NCBI GenBank assembly: GCA_963716935.1
Contig: CAVQUN010000005.1
Location: forward strand, 384,864 to 448,863
DNA length: 64,000 bases
DNA from: an uncultured Actinomycetes bacterium
GTDB taxonomy: Bacteria; Actinomycetota; UBA4738; HRBIN12
Direction: 5' to 3'
In this document: positions 1-9,762 of the stretch, in pieces
Layout of the letters: each line of letters starts with the position of its first letter
Position numbering within the stretch: position 1 is the stretch's first letter
Translations under genes and position numbers: made by a program
Notes under the pieces: generated by a model
The model's database searches: none
What the model saw: only the letters and a program-made list of their open reading frames with translations
Told to the model about the DNA's origin: nothing

Positions 1-63
1 CAAACGAAACACCACGGCGCGAAGAACGACAACCACCCGGGCCGGCGCTAGCGTGGAGATCTC

Positions 64-1389
64 GTGACGGGTCGCCGACTGCTCATCCTGCTCGTCGTGC
101 TCGCCGCGATCGCGATCCCCGCCGGGGTCCTCCAGGCCGTGTGCGCAGGGCGATCGTGCGATCGGAGCTCCGGCGCGACGCCCCGCGTTCCCTTCTGTCC
201 TCTTCCCACGGCGATCAAGGAGGCCATCGCCGACGGCTATCGGGAGGGCCGATCCCCCGACGTGCTCGGCGTGACGGCGGAGGTGGCCGTCGCGCGCAGC
301 GACGGAAACGCGATGGGCGTGGCGTGGCCTTCGACGCACGCATCCGACGCCGGGCGTGTGCCGCTCGCGTTCGCGGGGCCGGGGGTGACCGCGGGCGCCG
401 ACGTCCCCGCGGGCCTCACGCTCGACCGCGTCGCCCCCACCGTCGCCGAGGCCATCGGCCTGGACCGTCCGTTCCCGGACGTGCGATCGGGGACCGCGAT
501 CGAGGGCGTCGCGGACGCCGCCGACCCCCGGCTCGTCCTGTTCATCGGCTGGAAGCGGACCGGCTCCTCCGACCTGGAGGCCGCCCCCGGCGACTGGCCG
601 TTCCTCGCGTCCCTCCTCGCGGACGGGGCCGGGACGCTCGACGCCTCAGCGGGGTCGCTCCCGCTCGACCCGGCGGCCATCCTCACGACGATCGGCACCG
701 GCGGGCTCCCTGCGCAGCACGGCATCACGGGCTCCTTCGTCCGCAACGATCAGGGATACGTGGCGCACGCGTTCGGGCACGACGCGCCCGTGCAGGTGAT
801 CGCGACGCTCGCCGACGACGTGGACGAGCAGAGCGGCGGCCGGGCGCTCGTCGGCCTCGTCGGCACGAATGAGGCCGACCGAGGACTGGTCGGCGGTGGC
901 TGGTATCCCGACGAGGACCCCGTCGACGTGTCGGTCGGCGAGGGCAAAGACCTGCCGACGGCCGCGCTTCGTCGCCTGGCGGCCGGCTACGGGGCCGACG
1001 ACGTCACCGACGTGCTCGGCGTCGCCCTGAGCGGCGCCGTGGGCAAGCTGGACGCGCAGACCAAGCGGATCGTGACCGCGGCCCGACACGCAACCCAGGG
1101 ATCCGTGCTCGTCGTCGTCGCGGGCACCGGCGCGATCGAGCCCGGCTCGTCCGCCGTCCCGGACACCGACCTGATCGCGGCGGTGGAGGATGCCGTGCCC
1201 GGCTCCGGACGTGCCGTCGCCGGCGCGGTGCCGGGGGGACTGTTCCTCGATCAAGGTGTGCTCGCGCGAGCGAAGGTGACCGGAGAGGTCGCGGTCGACG
1301 CGCTGCTCGGCGTGACGAACCCCGACGGCGGGGAGATGATGGCCGACGCGTTCCAGGGCTTCGCCGTCTCGTTCGCGCGGTACTGCTGA
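64..1389 (+). CDS. Secreted alkaline-phosphatase-superfamily protein, type I phosphodiesterase/nucleotide pyrophosphatase-like
   Basis: N-terminal signal peptide (LLILLVVLAAIAIPAG). Motif TIGTGGLPAQHGITG resembles the TG..P..HGI motif of the NPP/phosphodiesterase family. Codon usage is consistent with neighbouring genes. Confidence 0.45.
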   Translation: MTGRRLLILLVVLAAIAIPAGVLQAVCAGRSCDRSSGATPRVPFCPLPTAIKEAIADGYREGRSPDVLGVTAEVAVARSDGNAMGVAWPSTHASDAGRVPLAFAGPGVTAGADVPAGLTLDRVAPTVAEAIGLDRPFPDVRSGTAIEGVADAADPRLVLFIGWKRTGSSDLEAAPGDWPFLASLLADGAGTLDASAGSLPLDPAAILTTIGTGGLPAQHGITGSFVRNDQGYVAHAFGHDAPVQVIATLADDVDEQSGGRALVGLVGTNEADRGLVGGGWYPDEDPVDVSVGEGKDLPTAALRRLAAGYGADDVTDVLGVALSGAVGKLDAQTKRIVTAARHATQGSVLVVVAGTGAIEPGSSAVPDTDLIAAVEDAVPGSGRAVAGAVPGGLFLDQGVLARAKVTGEVAVDALLGVTNPDGGEMMADAFQGFAVSFARYC

Positions 1390-1408
1390 GGACGCGGAGG
1401 GCTCGCTG

Positions 1409-2413
1409 ATGGCCGTCGCCGCAACCAGATCCCGCACCGTCTCGCCGCGAGGCGCGATGCTGGTCGCCGCCCTCCTGGTCGCGGGCGCGCTGGGCCTGCG
1501 GCTCGCGGACCCGCAGCGGTTCGCCTGGGTCCGGACCTACCTCGTCATCTTCGGGTCGATCCTCGTCCAGGCCCTTCCGTTCGTGATGATCGGCGCGCTC
1601 GCCGCGTCCCTCGTCGAGGTCTTCGTGCCGATCGGCACGTTCGAGCGGCTCGGGCGGCTCCCGCGACCGTTGCAGCTCCCCGCCGCCGCCCTGGCCGGCC
1701 TCGCCTTCCCGATCTGCGAGTGCGGCTCCGTCCCGGTCGCGCGCCGGCTCATCCAGCGCGGGCTCATGCCGTCGGCGGCCGTCACGTTCATGCTCGCGGC
1801 CCCGGTGCTCAACCCGGTGGTCATCGCATCGACGTACGTCGCCTACCGGGGTCGCTCCACGCTGTGGATGATGGTCGGCGGGCGGTTCCTGCTCGGCCTG
1901 CTGGTGGCCGTCGCGGTGGGCTGGGTGATCGGCAACCGCTCGCCCGATGAGCTCCTGAAGCCGAACCCCGAGGAGACCCACGAGCACCTGACCGAGCTCG
2001 GCCGCCCCGAGGCGCGCTGGCGCCGGCTCTTCGTGCACCTCGGCAACGACTTCCTGTTCATGGGCCGGTATCTGATCCTCGGCGCCGGGATCGCGGCGGG
2101 GATCCAGACGTTCCTTCCGACCTCGGTGCTCGACGGGGTCGCCGGCGCGCCGGTGCTCGCGATCCTCGTGATGATGGGGTTGGCGCTCGTGCTCTCGCTC
2201 TGCTCGGAGTCCGACGCGTTCGTGGCGGCGTCGTTCGTCCAGTTCGGCCCGTCCGCGCAGCTCGCGTTCCTCGTGTTCGGGCCGATGATCGACCTGAAGC
2301 TCCTCGCGCTCTATGCGGGGACGTTCCGGCGCGGCTTCGTCCGGACGGTGGTTCTCGCGGTCGCGGCGGCGACGCTGGCGGGGACGCTCTGGCTGGGGGT
2401 GCTGCTCGGATGA
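1409..2413 (+). CDS. DUF318/YraQ-family permease (two-component membrane permease subunit)
   Basis: Polytopic membrane protein carrying the PICECGSVPVARRL motif typical of the DUF318 permease family. Followed by its usual TIGR03943 partner with a 4-nt overlap. Confidence 0.75.
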   Translation: MAVAATRSRTVSPRGAMLVAALLVAGALGLRLADPQRFAWVRTYLVIFGSILVQALPFVMIGALAASLVEVFVPIGTFERLGRLPRPLQLPAAALAGLAFPICECGSVPVARRLIQRGLMPSAAVTFMLAAPVLNPVVIASTYVAYRGRSTLWMMVGGRFLLGLLVAVAVGWVIGNRSPDELLKPNPEETHEHLTELGRPEARWRRLFVHLGNDFLFMGRYLILGAGIAAGIQTFLPTSVLDGVAGAPVLAILVMMGLALVLSLCSESDAFVAASFVQFGPSAQLAFLVFGPMIDLKLLALYAGTFRRGFVRTVVLAVAAATLAGTLWLGVLLG

Positions 2414-3171
2414 GCGACGCCGTCGTCACCCGACGAGCCGCGCGCGGCCGCCCCGAGTCGGCGCCGGCGCGCCGGTGGAGCCCGGCGCGCGTCGCGGGCG
2501 CCGTCGTGCTCGGCGCGTGGGCGGGCCTGTTCTGGTTCCTCCTGCTCTCGGGACGGCAGGCCTTCTACCTGTCGACGCGCACGCAGTGGATCGTGCCCGT
2601 CGCCGCCGTGCTGCTTTCCGCCGCGGCGCTCGGCCGGCTGGCGTCCGCGCGCACCACCCTGCCCGAGCCGATCCGGCGCCGCGAGCTCGCGATCATGGCG
2701 ACGATCGTGGTCCCCGTCCTGTTGGTCGTCGCGCTGCCGCCCGCCACGCTCGGCACGTTCTCGGCGAGCAAGCGAGCCGGGTTCGCCGGCGTCGGCGTGG
2801 CGACCTCTGCCGGCGACATCGCGACCGGCGACCTGACGCTCGTCGACGTCGCCGCGGGTCAGACGACGCCCGAGGGCGAGCGCGCGCTCGCGACCCGCGG
2901 CGGCGACACCGTCGACTTCGTCGGGTTCGTGACCCGCTACGCCGACACGCCGGCGGACGAGCTCCTGCTCACTCGGTACGTCGTCACGTGCTGCGTCGCC
3001 GACGCCACGGTCGCTCAGGTCCGCGTCGTCAACGTCACGCCGGGCGCCTTCGAGGACAACGACTGGGTCGAGGTGAAGGGCGTGATCTACCCGATCGGCC
3101 GGGAGGTCATCGTGCGCGCGATCTCGGTGGACCCGGTCGAACGACCGGATCACCCGTACCTGTCCGCCTAG
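2410..3171 (+). CDS. TIGR03943-family protein (partner of the DUF318 permease)
   Basis: N-terminal TM segments followed by a soluble domain with a CC motif (VTCCVADATV). Conserved pairing with the upstream permease. ATGA start/stop overlap. Confidence 0.6.
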   Translation: MSDAVVTRRAARGRPESAPARRWSPARVAGAVVLGAWAGLFWFLLLSGRQAFYLSTRTQWIVPVAAVLLSAAALGRLASARTTLPEPIRRRELAIMATIVVPVLLVVALPPATLGTFSASKRAGFAGVGVATSAGDIATGDLTLVDVAAGQTTPEGERALATRGGDTVDFVGFVTRYADTPADELLLTRYVVTCCVADATVAQVRVVNVTPGAFEDNDWVEVKGVIYPIGREVIVRAISVDPVERPDHPYLSA

Positions 3172-3599
3172 CGGCAGTTGCGACAGGTTCCGATCAGGTC
3201 GAGCCGGTGGCTGACGGCCGAGAAGCCGGTGCGATCCGCGACGTCGGACACGGCGCGCGCCACCTGCCGCTCGAAGCTCGGTGGCACCGTCACGTCCTCG
3301 ACGGCGCCGCAGCTCCGGCATACCAGATGGTGATGATGCTCGGTCAGGTCCTCGGCGAGCTCGTAGCGGCCGAACTCCTCCTCCGTGACGACCCGCCGCA
3401 CGGCGCCGGCCTGCTCGAGCACCGCGAGGTTGCGGTACGCCGAACTCTGCGGCAGCCCGGCCTTCGCGTCCGCGAGCTCGGGGATCGCGACGGGCTTGCC
3501 GGCGCGCGCGAGCGCATCGACGAGCGCGCGGCGCTGCGAGGTGTAGCGCTGCCCGACGCCGCGCAGCCGCGCCTCGACCGCCCCGTGGATGCCGCTCAC
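3168..3599 (-). CDS. zur: Fur-family zinc uptake regulator Zur
   Basis: Fur fold with HHHHLVCRSCG and C-terminal CRNC metal sites. GTG start overlaps the znuB stop as GTGA. The upstream part of the 259-aa track ORF is Arg-rich and probably spurious. Confidence 0.8.
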   Translation of the reverse strand: MSGIHGAVEARLRGVGQRYTSQRRALVDALARAGKPVAIPELADAKAGLPQSSAYRNLAVLEQAGAVRRVVTEEEFGRYELAEDLTEHHHHLVCRSCGAVEDVTVPPSFERQVARAVSDVADRTGFSAVSHRLDLIGTCRNCR

Positions 3600-4447
3600 G
3601 GCGTCGACCCCTCCGGACGAAGCCGCAGCGCGGCGCCGCGCTTGACGAGCGCGAGCACCCCGAAGATCCCCGCGGCCACGAGCACGATCATTCCGCTCGG
3701 CGCGAGACCCCAGATCCGTGCCCCGGCGAGACCGGCCACCACCGACACGACCCCGATCGCGACGCTCCACTTGAGCGTCCCGCCGAACGACCGCGCAAGG
3801 AGCTGGCCGCTCCCGACCGGCAGGACCATCAGGGCGGCGATCAGCAGGATGCCCACGATGCGCATCGCGGCGACGACGGAGACCGCGATCAGCACGGCGA
3901 GCACCCCGTTCACGAACCCCACCGGCAACCCCGCGACGCGGGACCACTCCTCGTCGGTCACCACGGCGAACAGGACGCGCCGAAGGATCAGCATCGCGAC
4001 GACGATCGCCGCGCCGAGTGAGACGATCACGCCGATCTCCGAGTTCGAGACCGTGAGCGGCTGCCCGAAGAGATAGACGAGCAGGTTGGCGTCGTACCCG
4101 CCGCCGAGGCTGATCAGCACCACGCCGGCCGCGATCCCCGAGTAGAAGAAGAGCGCCAGCGCGAGATCACCCGATGCTGCCTTCTTCGCCCGAAGCCACT
4201 CAAGCCCGAGCGCCCCCAAGACGGCGACCACGAGCGCCCCCCAGACGGGCCAGACCTGGAGGAGCACGCCGGCGCCGACGCCGGCGAACGCGAGGTGCCC
4301 GATGCCGTCGCCAATCAGCGACATCCGCTTCTGCACCACGAAGGTCCCGATCATCGGCGCGAAGATCCCGACCGCGAGGCTCGCGACGAGCGCTCGCTGC
4401 ATGAACTCGAGTTCGAACGGATACGGCAGCGCCCCGATCGCTGTTCC
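3596..4447 (-). CDS. znuB: Zinc ABC transporter permease ZnuB
   Basis: ABC-3 family permease sequence from MGTAIGALPYPFELEFMQRAL onward. The N-terminal 143 aa of the track ORF is Arg-rich junk. ATG at 4447 abuts the znuC stop. Confidence 0.85.
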   Translation of the reverse strand, partial: GTAIGALPYPFELEFMQRALVASLAVGIFAPMIGTFVVQKRMSLIGDGIGHLAFAGVGAGVLLQVWPVWGALVVAVLGALGLEWLRAKKAASGDLALALFFYSGIAAGVVLISLGGGYDANLLVYLFGQPLTVSNSEIGVIVSLGAAIVVAMLILRRVLFAVVTDEEWSRVAGLPVGFVNGVLAVLIAVSVVAAMRIVGILLIAALMVLPVGSGQLLARSFGGTLKWSVAIGVVSVVAGLAGARIWGLAPSGMIVLVAAGIFGVLALVKRGAALRLRPEGSTP

Positions 4448-4449
4448 CA

Positions 4450-5244
4450 TCAGCGCAGCCCCTCCAGCCAGAGCGGCAGGTCCTCGGGGTGCACGCCGAG
4501 GCTCACGCCGGAGGCCGCGAGCTCCGAGGGGGGGCCGTCGAACAGGACCCGGTGCTTCAGCACGACGACGCGGTCGAGGTCGGGCGCGACGGCCGCCAGC
4601 TCGTGCGAGACGAGCAGGACCCCCGCGCCGTGCTCGGCGATCAGGTGCGTGAGCGAGTCGCGGAAGCGGCGCTGGGACTCGACGTCGATGCCGGCGATCG
4701 GCTCGTCGAGGAGCAACAGGTCGGGTTCGCTCGCGAAGGCGCGGGCGATGAACACGCGCTGTTGCTGCCCGCCCGAGAGCTCGTTCAGCGGTCGCCCGCT
4801 CAGGTCGTCGAGACCGACGGACTCGAGCGCGTGCCGCACCTCGTCGCGATCCTGCTGGCGGAGCGGCCGCCACCACCCCCGCCGGGCGAGCCGGCCGGCG
4901 GCGACGATCTCCTCGACGGTCGCCGGCACCTCGGAGTCCAGGACCGGCCGCTGCGGCACGTAGCCGATTCGGCCCCGATCCGAAAGGCGGGCAGGCGGCT
5001 CGCCCAAGAGCCGGACGGTGCCGGCCGAGGGCTCGAGCGAGCCGAGCAGGACGCGCAGCAACGTGGACTTACCCGAGCCGTTCGGGCCGACGAGCGCCAC
5101 GAACTCGCCGGCGCGCACCGACAGGTCCACGTGCTCCAGGATGGGCGTTCGCCCGTACGCGAACGACACGCCGTCGGCACGCAGCAGCTCGCCGCCGGGC
5201 GGGGCGCTCGCACGCGGCGTCGCGTGGCGCTCAGGCGCAGCCAA
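4450..5244 (-). CDS. znuC: Zinc ABC transporter ATP-binding protein ZnuC
   Basis: Walker A GPNGSGKST, signature LSGGQQQR, Walker B LLLLDEP. Size and position fit znuC. Confidence 0.9.
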   Translation of the reverse strand: MAAPERHATPRASAPPGGELLRADGVSFAYGRTPILEHVDLSVRAGEFVALVGPNGSGKSTLLRVLLGSLEPSAGTVRLLGEPPARLSDRGRIGYVPQRPVLDSEVPATVEEIVAAGRLARRGWWRPLRQQDRDEVRHALESVGLDDLSGRPLNELSGGQQQRVFIARAFASEPDLLLLDEPIAGIDVESQRRFRDSLTHLIAEHGAGVLLVSHELAAVAPDLDRVVVLKHRVLFDGPPSELAASGVSLGVHPEDLPLWLEGLR

Positions 5245-6142
5245 GGGCTCCTCGCAGGGTCCTCAGGTTGTCGCGCATCACGGAAAGGTAGTCCTGGCCC
5301 GCAGCGAGCTCCTCGGGCGTAAGGCCCTCGAGCGGATTGAGGACCGCCGTCGTTACCCCCGCCTCCTCGGCGAGCGTCTGCGCCACCTCCGGCGGCGCGA
5401 GCTCCTCCGTGAAGATCGTCGTGATCCCCTCGTCCCGCACCAGCGTTCGGAGCTCGGCCAGGCGCGCGGGGTCGACCTCGGCCTCGGGGGCGAGCCCCGA
5501 GATCGCGACCTGCTCGAGCCCGTACCCCTCGGCGAGATAGCCGAATGCCGCGTGGTTGGTCACGATCGTCCGGCTGTCGCAGCTCTGCAGCCCGGTGGCG
5601 TACTCATGGCTCAACTCGTCGAGCTCGGCGCGATACGCCTGTGCGTTGGCGCGAAAGGTCGCCGCATCCTGCGGGTCCGCGTCGGCGAGCGCCTCGGCCA
5701 CGGCTCCGACGATCTTCGAGTAGCGCTTCGGATCGAGCCAGACGTGTGGATCGGAGACGAGCTCGCCCGATGCCTCGTCGGGCGGCGGCAAGAGCGGGCC
5801 GACGGCGTCGAGCGCGTCCACGACCGTGCCGCTCGCCTGGTCGACTCCGTCCTGGACGGCAGGCTGGAACCCGTCGCCGATGTAGACGACGACGTCGGCG
5901 GTCACGAGGCGCTCGAGGTCGTCCGGGGCAAGCTCGAGGTCGTGCGGCTCGACGCCGGGTGGGGTGAGATCGTCGACCGAGACCAGGTCGCCGCCGACGA
6001 CCTGAGCAGCCTCGGCGAGCGGATAGAAGCTCGCGACGACGTGCACGGAGTCGTTCTCCAATCCCGACTCGCCGGCCGGCGCGCAGCCCGCCGTGCCGGG
6101 GACGAGGGCGAACAGCAGGCCGGCCACGGCCGCTCGCCACAT
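5231..6142 (-). CDS. znuA: Zinc ABC transporter substrate-binding lipoprotein ZnuA
   Basis: TroA/ZnuA-like cluster-9 SBP (VVASFYPLAE, HVWLDP motifs). Lipoprotein signal MWRAAVAGLLFALVPGTAGC. Start chosen at ATG 6142 so that the candidate Zur box lies upstream. Confidence 0.8.
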   Translation of the reverse strand: MWRAAVAGLLFALVPGTAGCAPAGESGLENDSVHVVASFYPLAEAAQVVGGDLVSVDDLTPPGVEPHDLELAPDDLERLVTADVVVYIGDGFQPAVQDGVDQASGTVVDALDAVGPLLPPPDEASGELVSDPHVWLDPKRYSKIVGAVAEALADADPQDAATFRANAQAYRAELDELSHEYATGLQSCDSRTIVTNHAAFGYLAEGYGLEQVAISGLAPEAEVDPARLAELRTLVRDEGITTIFTEELAPPEVAQTLAEEAGVTTAVLNPLEGLTPEELAAGQDYLSVMRDNLRTLRGALGCA

Positions 6143-6170
6143 CTCGTCGCGCTCCCCTCGGGGAAGTTGG

Positions 6171-6185
6171 GAATGAGAACGATTC
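6171..6185. promoter_or_regulatory. Candidate Zur/Fur-family box GAATGAGAACGATTC upstream of znuA
   Basis: Imperfect inverted repeat GAATGA-N3-CGATTC, AT-richer than its surroundings, located 29-43 nt upstream of the proposed znuA start. Confidence 0.35.
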
Positions 6186-6300
6186 CTGAAACCACGAGCC
6201 ACCCTAGCCCCGACGCGACTCGGACGTCAAGGGAAGAGCCCTCCACGAACCGCTCCGACGCTGCGACGTCTCCGGCCCGGGCCGCGGTACGGTTTCGCCG

Positions 6301-7335
6301 ATGACCGTTCGGATCGGCCTCGGCCTGTTCACCGGTCAGATCCCGGCAGGATCTCCGCGGTCGTTCGCGCGGGAGTACGCCGACACCCTCGAGCTCGTGC
6401 GCCTCGCGGAGGCGGTCGGGTTCGACTCCGCGTGGGTGAGCGAGCACCACGGCTCCTCCGATGGCTACCTCCCCTCCCTGTTGCCGATGCTCGCGGCGCT
6501 CGCCGCATCGACCGAGCGCATCGCGCTCGGCACCGGCCTCGTGCTCGCGCCGCTGCACGATCCGATCCGGCTCGCGGAGGACGCGGCCGTCGTCGATCAG
6601 CTCTGCGATGGTCGCCTCGTCCTCGGCCTCGGGCTGGGATGGCGCGAGGAGGAGTTCCGGATGTTCGGCGTCCCGATGGCCGAGCGCGGGCTCCGCACGG
6701 AGGAGACCATCGAGGTCCTGCGCCGCGCGTGGACGGGGCGGCGCTTCTCGTTCGAGGGACGGGCGTTCACGTTCGAACGGGTGAAGGTCACGCCGACGCC
6801 GGCGCGGCCGGGCGGCCCGCCGATCTACCTCGGCGGGTACGCGGACGCAGCGGTCCGCCGTGTCGGACGGCTCGCCGACGGCTACCTCGCACACGCGACG
6901 ATGGACGACCTCGCGAGCTACGTCGCCGTCGCCGAGTCTGCGGCGCGCGACGTCGGTCGCGACCCGTCGGCGCTCGGGCTCGCGCTGATGGTAGACGCCT
7001 TCGTCTCGACGGACCCGGACCCGTGGGCCGACATCGCCGAGGCCGTCGCCTACCGGCACGGCGCGTACGACGCCTGGGACGAGGGCGCGGACACGCCGGA
7101 GCGGGACGCGCTCGAGCTCCCGACGCCCGATCTCGACGAGCTCCGCCGCTCGGTGCCGGCGGGAACGCCGGGCAACGTGCTCGATGCGTTGCGGCCGCTC
7201 CTGGCGCCGTTCGCCGGTCGCCGCGAGCTGGATCTGATCGTCCGCCTGCACTACCCCGGTATGGACGCGGACCTCTCGCGAAGGGCGGTGGAGCTCTTCG
7301 CGGCCGAGGTCGCACCGACTCTTCGAAGCGACTGA
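6301..7335 (+). CDS. LLM-class F420-dependent (luciferase-like) oxidoreductase
   Basis: Luciferase-like monooxygenase TIM-barrel signature (GLGLFTGQ, SAWVSEHHG, LVLGLGLGW). Confidence 0.8.
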   Translation: MTVRIGLGLFTGQIPAGSPRSFAREYADTLELVRLAEAVGFDSAWVSEHHGSSDGYLPSLLPMLAALAASTERIALGTGLVLAPLHDPIRLAEDAAVVDQLCDGRLVLGLGLGWREEEFRMFGVPMAERGLRTEETIEVLRRAWTGRRFSFEGRAFTFERVKVTPTPARPGGPPIYLGGYADAAVRRVGRLADGYLAHATMDDLASYVAVAESAARDVGRDPSALGLALMVDAFVSTDPDPWADIAEAVAYRHGAYDAWDEGADTPERDALELPTPDLDELRRSVPAGTPGNVLDALRPLLAPFAGRRELDLIVRLHYPGMDADLSRRAVELFAAEVAPTLRSD

Positions 7336-7350
7336 CCGCGGGGCGAGGGC

Positions 7351-8232
7351 TCAGTCGGGGAGACGGACGCGCCCCCGCGGGCTCGCCGCCAGCGCGGACC
7401 CTCCGGCGACGACGAGCCCATCGCGATGCAGGTCGCGCACCGCCTCGGCGACCCGCGGCGGCTCGACGCCCGTCCGGCCGGCTAGGGTCGCCATCGTCAT
7501 CGGCGAGCGCTCGCGCAGCGCCCGGACGATCGCGCCCCGCGCCTGTCGCGACGAGCCCGCGAACGGACCCTGCCGCCTCCTCGCGCGGTGCGGAACGGCG
7601 CCGCCGGCCAGGAACCGGCACGACCGCGCGAGCGGGCATCGGTCGCACCGCGGGCGCGGACGGCAGATCTCGCGCCCGAGGTCCATGACGGCCTGGTTCC
7701 AGGCGCCGGGGTCACGACGGTCCAGCCACGACTCCGCGATCTCGAGCACCCGGCGTCGTGGAGCCTCCTCCGGCTCGACGCCGAGGCTCACGCGCGCGAC
7801 GACCCGTCGCAGATTGGTGTCGAGCGCGACGACCGGGACGCCGAACGCGAGGGACGCGACGGCCGCGGCCGTGTACGGCCCGACGCCGGGGAGCGTTCGA
7901 AGCGTGGCCGGGTCGGAGGGGACCCGGCCGCCGTGCTCGCGCACGATCGAGCGCGCGGCCTCCGACAGCGCGAGCGCCCGCCGGTTGTAGCCGAGGCCGT
8001 CCCAGGCTCGAAGCACGTCTCCTCGGCCTGCGGCCGCGAGCGCGCCGAGGGTCGGAAAGGACGCGAGGAACCGCTCGAACGCCGGGACGACCCGCGCGAC
8101 CTGCGTCTGCTGCAGCATGAGCTCGGAGACCAGGATTCGATAGGGATCGGGCGTCATGCGCCACGGGTAGGCGCGCCGGCGGGGCCGGTACCAGTCCAGA
8201 AGTGCCGCCGAGCGCTCGCGCTCGCCGCTCAC
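7351..8232 (-). CDS. mutY: HhH-GPD DNA glycosylase, MutY/adenine-glycosylase-like (short form)
   Basis: LMLQQTQV and HhH motifs plus a 4Fe-4S loop CRPRPRCDRCPLARSC. GTG start at 8232 (VSGERERS). No NUDIX-like C-terminal domain is present. Confidence 0.75.
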   Translation of the reverse strand: MSGERERSAALLDWYRPRRRAYPWRMTPDPYRILVSELMLQQTQVARVVPAFERFLASFPTLGALAAAGRGDVLRAWDGLGYNRRALALSEAARSIVREHGGRVPSDPATLRTLPGVGPYTAAAVASLAFGVPVVALDTNLRRVVARVSLGVEPEEAPRRRVLEIAESWLDRRDPGAWNQAVMDLGREICRPRPRCDRCPLARSCRFLAGGAVPHRARRRQGPFAGSSRQARGAIVRALRERSPMTMATLAGRTGVEPPRVAEAVRDLHRDGLVVAGGSALAASPRGRVRLPD

Positions 8233-8245
8233 CGCCGAGGGATGG

Positions 8246-8434
8246 TCAGAACCCGGCCTTGCCGCGCTCGGGCAGCTCGGCCGCGGCCCCTCGAAGCGCC
8301 GCGTAGACCTCCGTGAACACCTCGCCCGCGTACTTCGGCGGCTGGCAGTTCTGGCCTCCCATCGCGCCGCGGACCGCCGAGGCCGTGATCTCCACCGCCT
8401 TCTCGAACAGCACCCAGTCGAACTCCCGGGCCAT
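8246..8434 (-). CDS. Small hypothetical protein (62 aa)
   Basis: Good RBS (AAGGAGG) 7 nt upstream of the ATG. Non-repetitive composition. Sits between mutY and the acyl-CoA dehydrogenase. Confidence 0.5.
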   Translation of the reverse strand: MAREFDWVLFEKAVEITASAVRGAMGGQNCQPPKYAGEVFTEVYAALRGAAAELPERGKAGF

Positions 8435-8488
8435 CTGTGCCTCCTTGAGGATGAGCGAACGCGGGCCACAGGCTACCCGCGACGAGGG

Positions 8489-9658
8489 TTACTCGTAGGC
8501 GCGAAGGCCCGTCAAGGCTTCCCCGAGGATCAACGTGTGGATCTCGTTCGTTCCCTCATAGGTCAGCACCGACTCGAGGTTGTTCATGTGCCGGATCACC
8601 GGGTACTCGAGCGTGATGCCGCTCGCTCCGAGGATGCCGCGCGCCTCGCGGGCGATCTCGAGCGCCTCGCGCACGTTGTTGAGCTTGCCGAGGCTCACGT
8701 GCTGCGGCAGCAGGTGTCCCTCGTCCTTCATCCGGCCGAGATGCAGCGCGAGCAGCGTTCCCTTGTTCAGCTCGACGGCCATGTCGGCGAGCTTGCGCTG
8801 CGTGAGCTGGAAGCCGCCGATCGGGCGGCCCCACTGCACGCGGGTCTTGGCGAACGCAAGCGCGCTCTCGAAGCAGGCGCGAGCGGCGCCCATCGCGCCC
8901 CAGACGATGCCGAAGCGCGCCTCGGACAGACAGGAAAGCGGGCCCTTCATCCCGACGACGCCCGGCAGCGCCGCGTCCGCGGGCAGTCGCACCTCGTCGA
9001 GAACCAGCTCCGAGGTCACCGACGCGCGCAGCGAGAGCTTGCGATGGATATCGCGTGTGGAGAAGCCGGGCGAGTCCGACGGGACGAGGAAGCCGCGAAC
9101 GCCGTCCTCGGCGTTCGCCCAGACGATCGCGAGATCGGCGATCCCGCCGTTGGTGATCCACATCTTGGTGCCCGAGAGCACCCAGTCGTCGCCGTCGCGC
9201 TTGGCCGCCGTTCGCATCCGGGCGGGATCGGATCCGAAGTCCGGCTCCGTGAGCCCGAAGCACCCGATCACCTCGCCGCGGGCCATGGCCGGCAGCCAGC
9301 GCTCCTTCTGCTCCGGCGAGCCGAATCGATGGATCGGGAACATGCAGAGCGAGCCCTGGACCGAGACGAACGAGCGCAGGCCGCTGTCGCCGTACTCGAG
9401 CTCGAGGCAGGCGAGACCGTAGGAGACCGCATTGGTGCCGGCGCAGCCGTAGCCGTCCAGGTGCATGCCCAGCAGGCCGAGGTCGGCGAGCCCCGCGGCG
9501 ACCTCGCGCGGGAACTCCGCGCGCTCGAACCAGTCCCCGATGTCGGGCAGGACCCGATCGGCGACGAAGCCGCGGACCGCGTCCCGGATCGCGCGCTCCT
9601 CGTCCGACAGAAGCCGATCCAGGTCCAGGAAGTCCAGCGGATCGGGAGCGCCGGCCAT
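8489..9658 (-). CDS. Acyl-CoA dehydrogenase (glutaryl-CoA dehydrogenase-like)
   Basis: Full ACAD fold with conserved CFGLTEP, GTKMWITNG and YEGTNEI motifs. Confidence 0.9.
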   Translation of the reverse strand: MAGAPDPLDFLDLDRLLSDEERAIRDAVRGFVADRVLPDIGDWFERAEFPREVAAGLADLGLLGMHLDGYGCAGTNAVSYGLACLELEYGDSGLRSFVSVQGSLCMFPIHRFGSPEQKERWLPAMARGEVIGCFGLTEPDFGSDPARMRTAAKRDGDDWVLSGTKMWITNGGIADLAIVWANAEDGVRGFLVPSDSPGFSTRDIHRKLSLRASVTSELVLDEVRLPADAALPGVVGMKGPLSCLSEARFGIVWGAMGAARACFESALAFAKTRVQWGRPIGGFQLTQRKLADMAVELNKGTLLALHLGRMKDEGHLLPQHVSLGKLNNVREALEIAREARGILGASGITLEYPVIRHMNNLESVLTYEGTNEIHTLILGEALTGLRAYE

Positions 9659-9762
9659 GACGGTCCGCTAGCCTAGCGTGCGGGGAGAACCCCATGGCCG
9701 ATCGACGCGTCTGAGTCGGTGACGTCCCCGCGCCGACCCGGAGGCTGCAGGACCACAACTGC

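Noticed and set aside
141-4076. Several 150-590-aa ORFs (141-872 +, 646-1437 -, 1004-2038 -, 2311-3321 -, 2313-4076 +)
   Set aside because: All are Arg-rich mirror or alternate-frame translations of the real phosphodiesterase-like, permease, TIGR03943 and zur/znuB genes.
6143-6202. Longer znuA N-terminus (MARGFRNRSHSQLPRGERDE...) from the track ORF
   Set aside because: The extension is Arg-rich, precedes the lipoprotein signal peptide, and would place the candidate Zur box inside the coding sequence. The ATG at 6142 was preferred.
5902-7688. 449-aa minus-strand ORF and 418-aa plus-strand ORF over the F420 oxidoreductase region
   Set aside because: Arg/Pro-rich antisense or alternate-frame artefacts. 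Only the 6301-7335 frame has a coherent enzyme-family signature.
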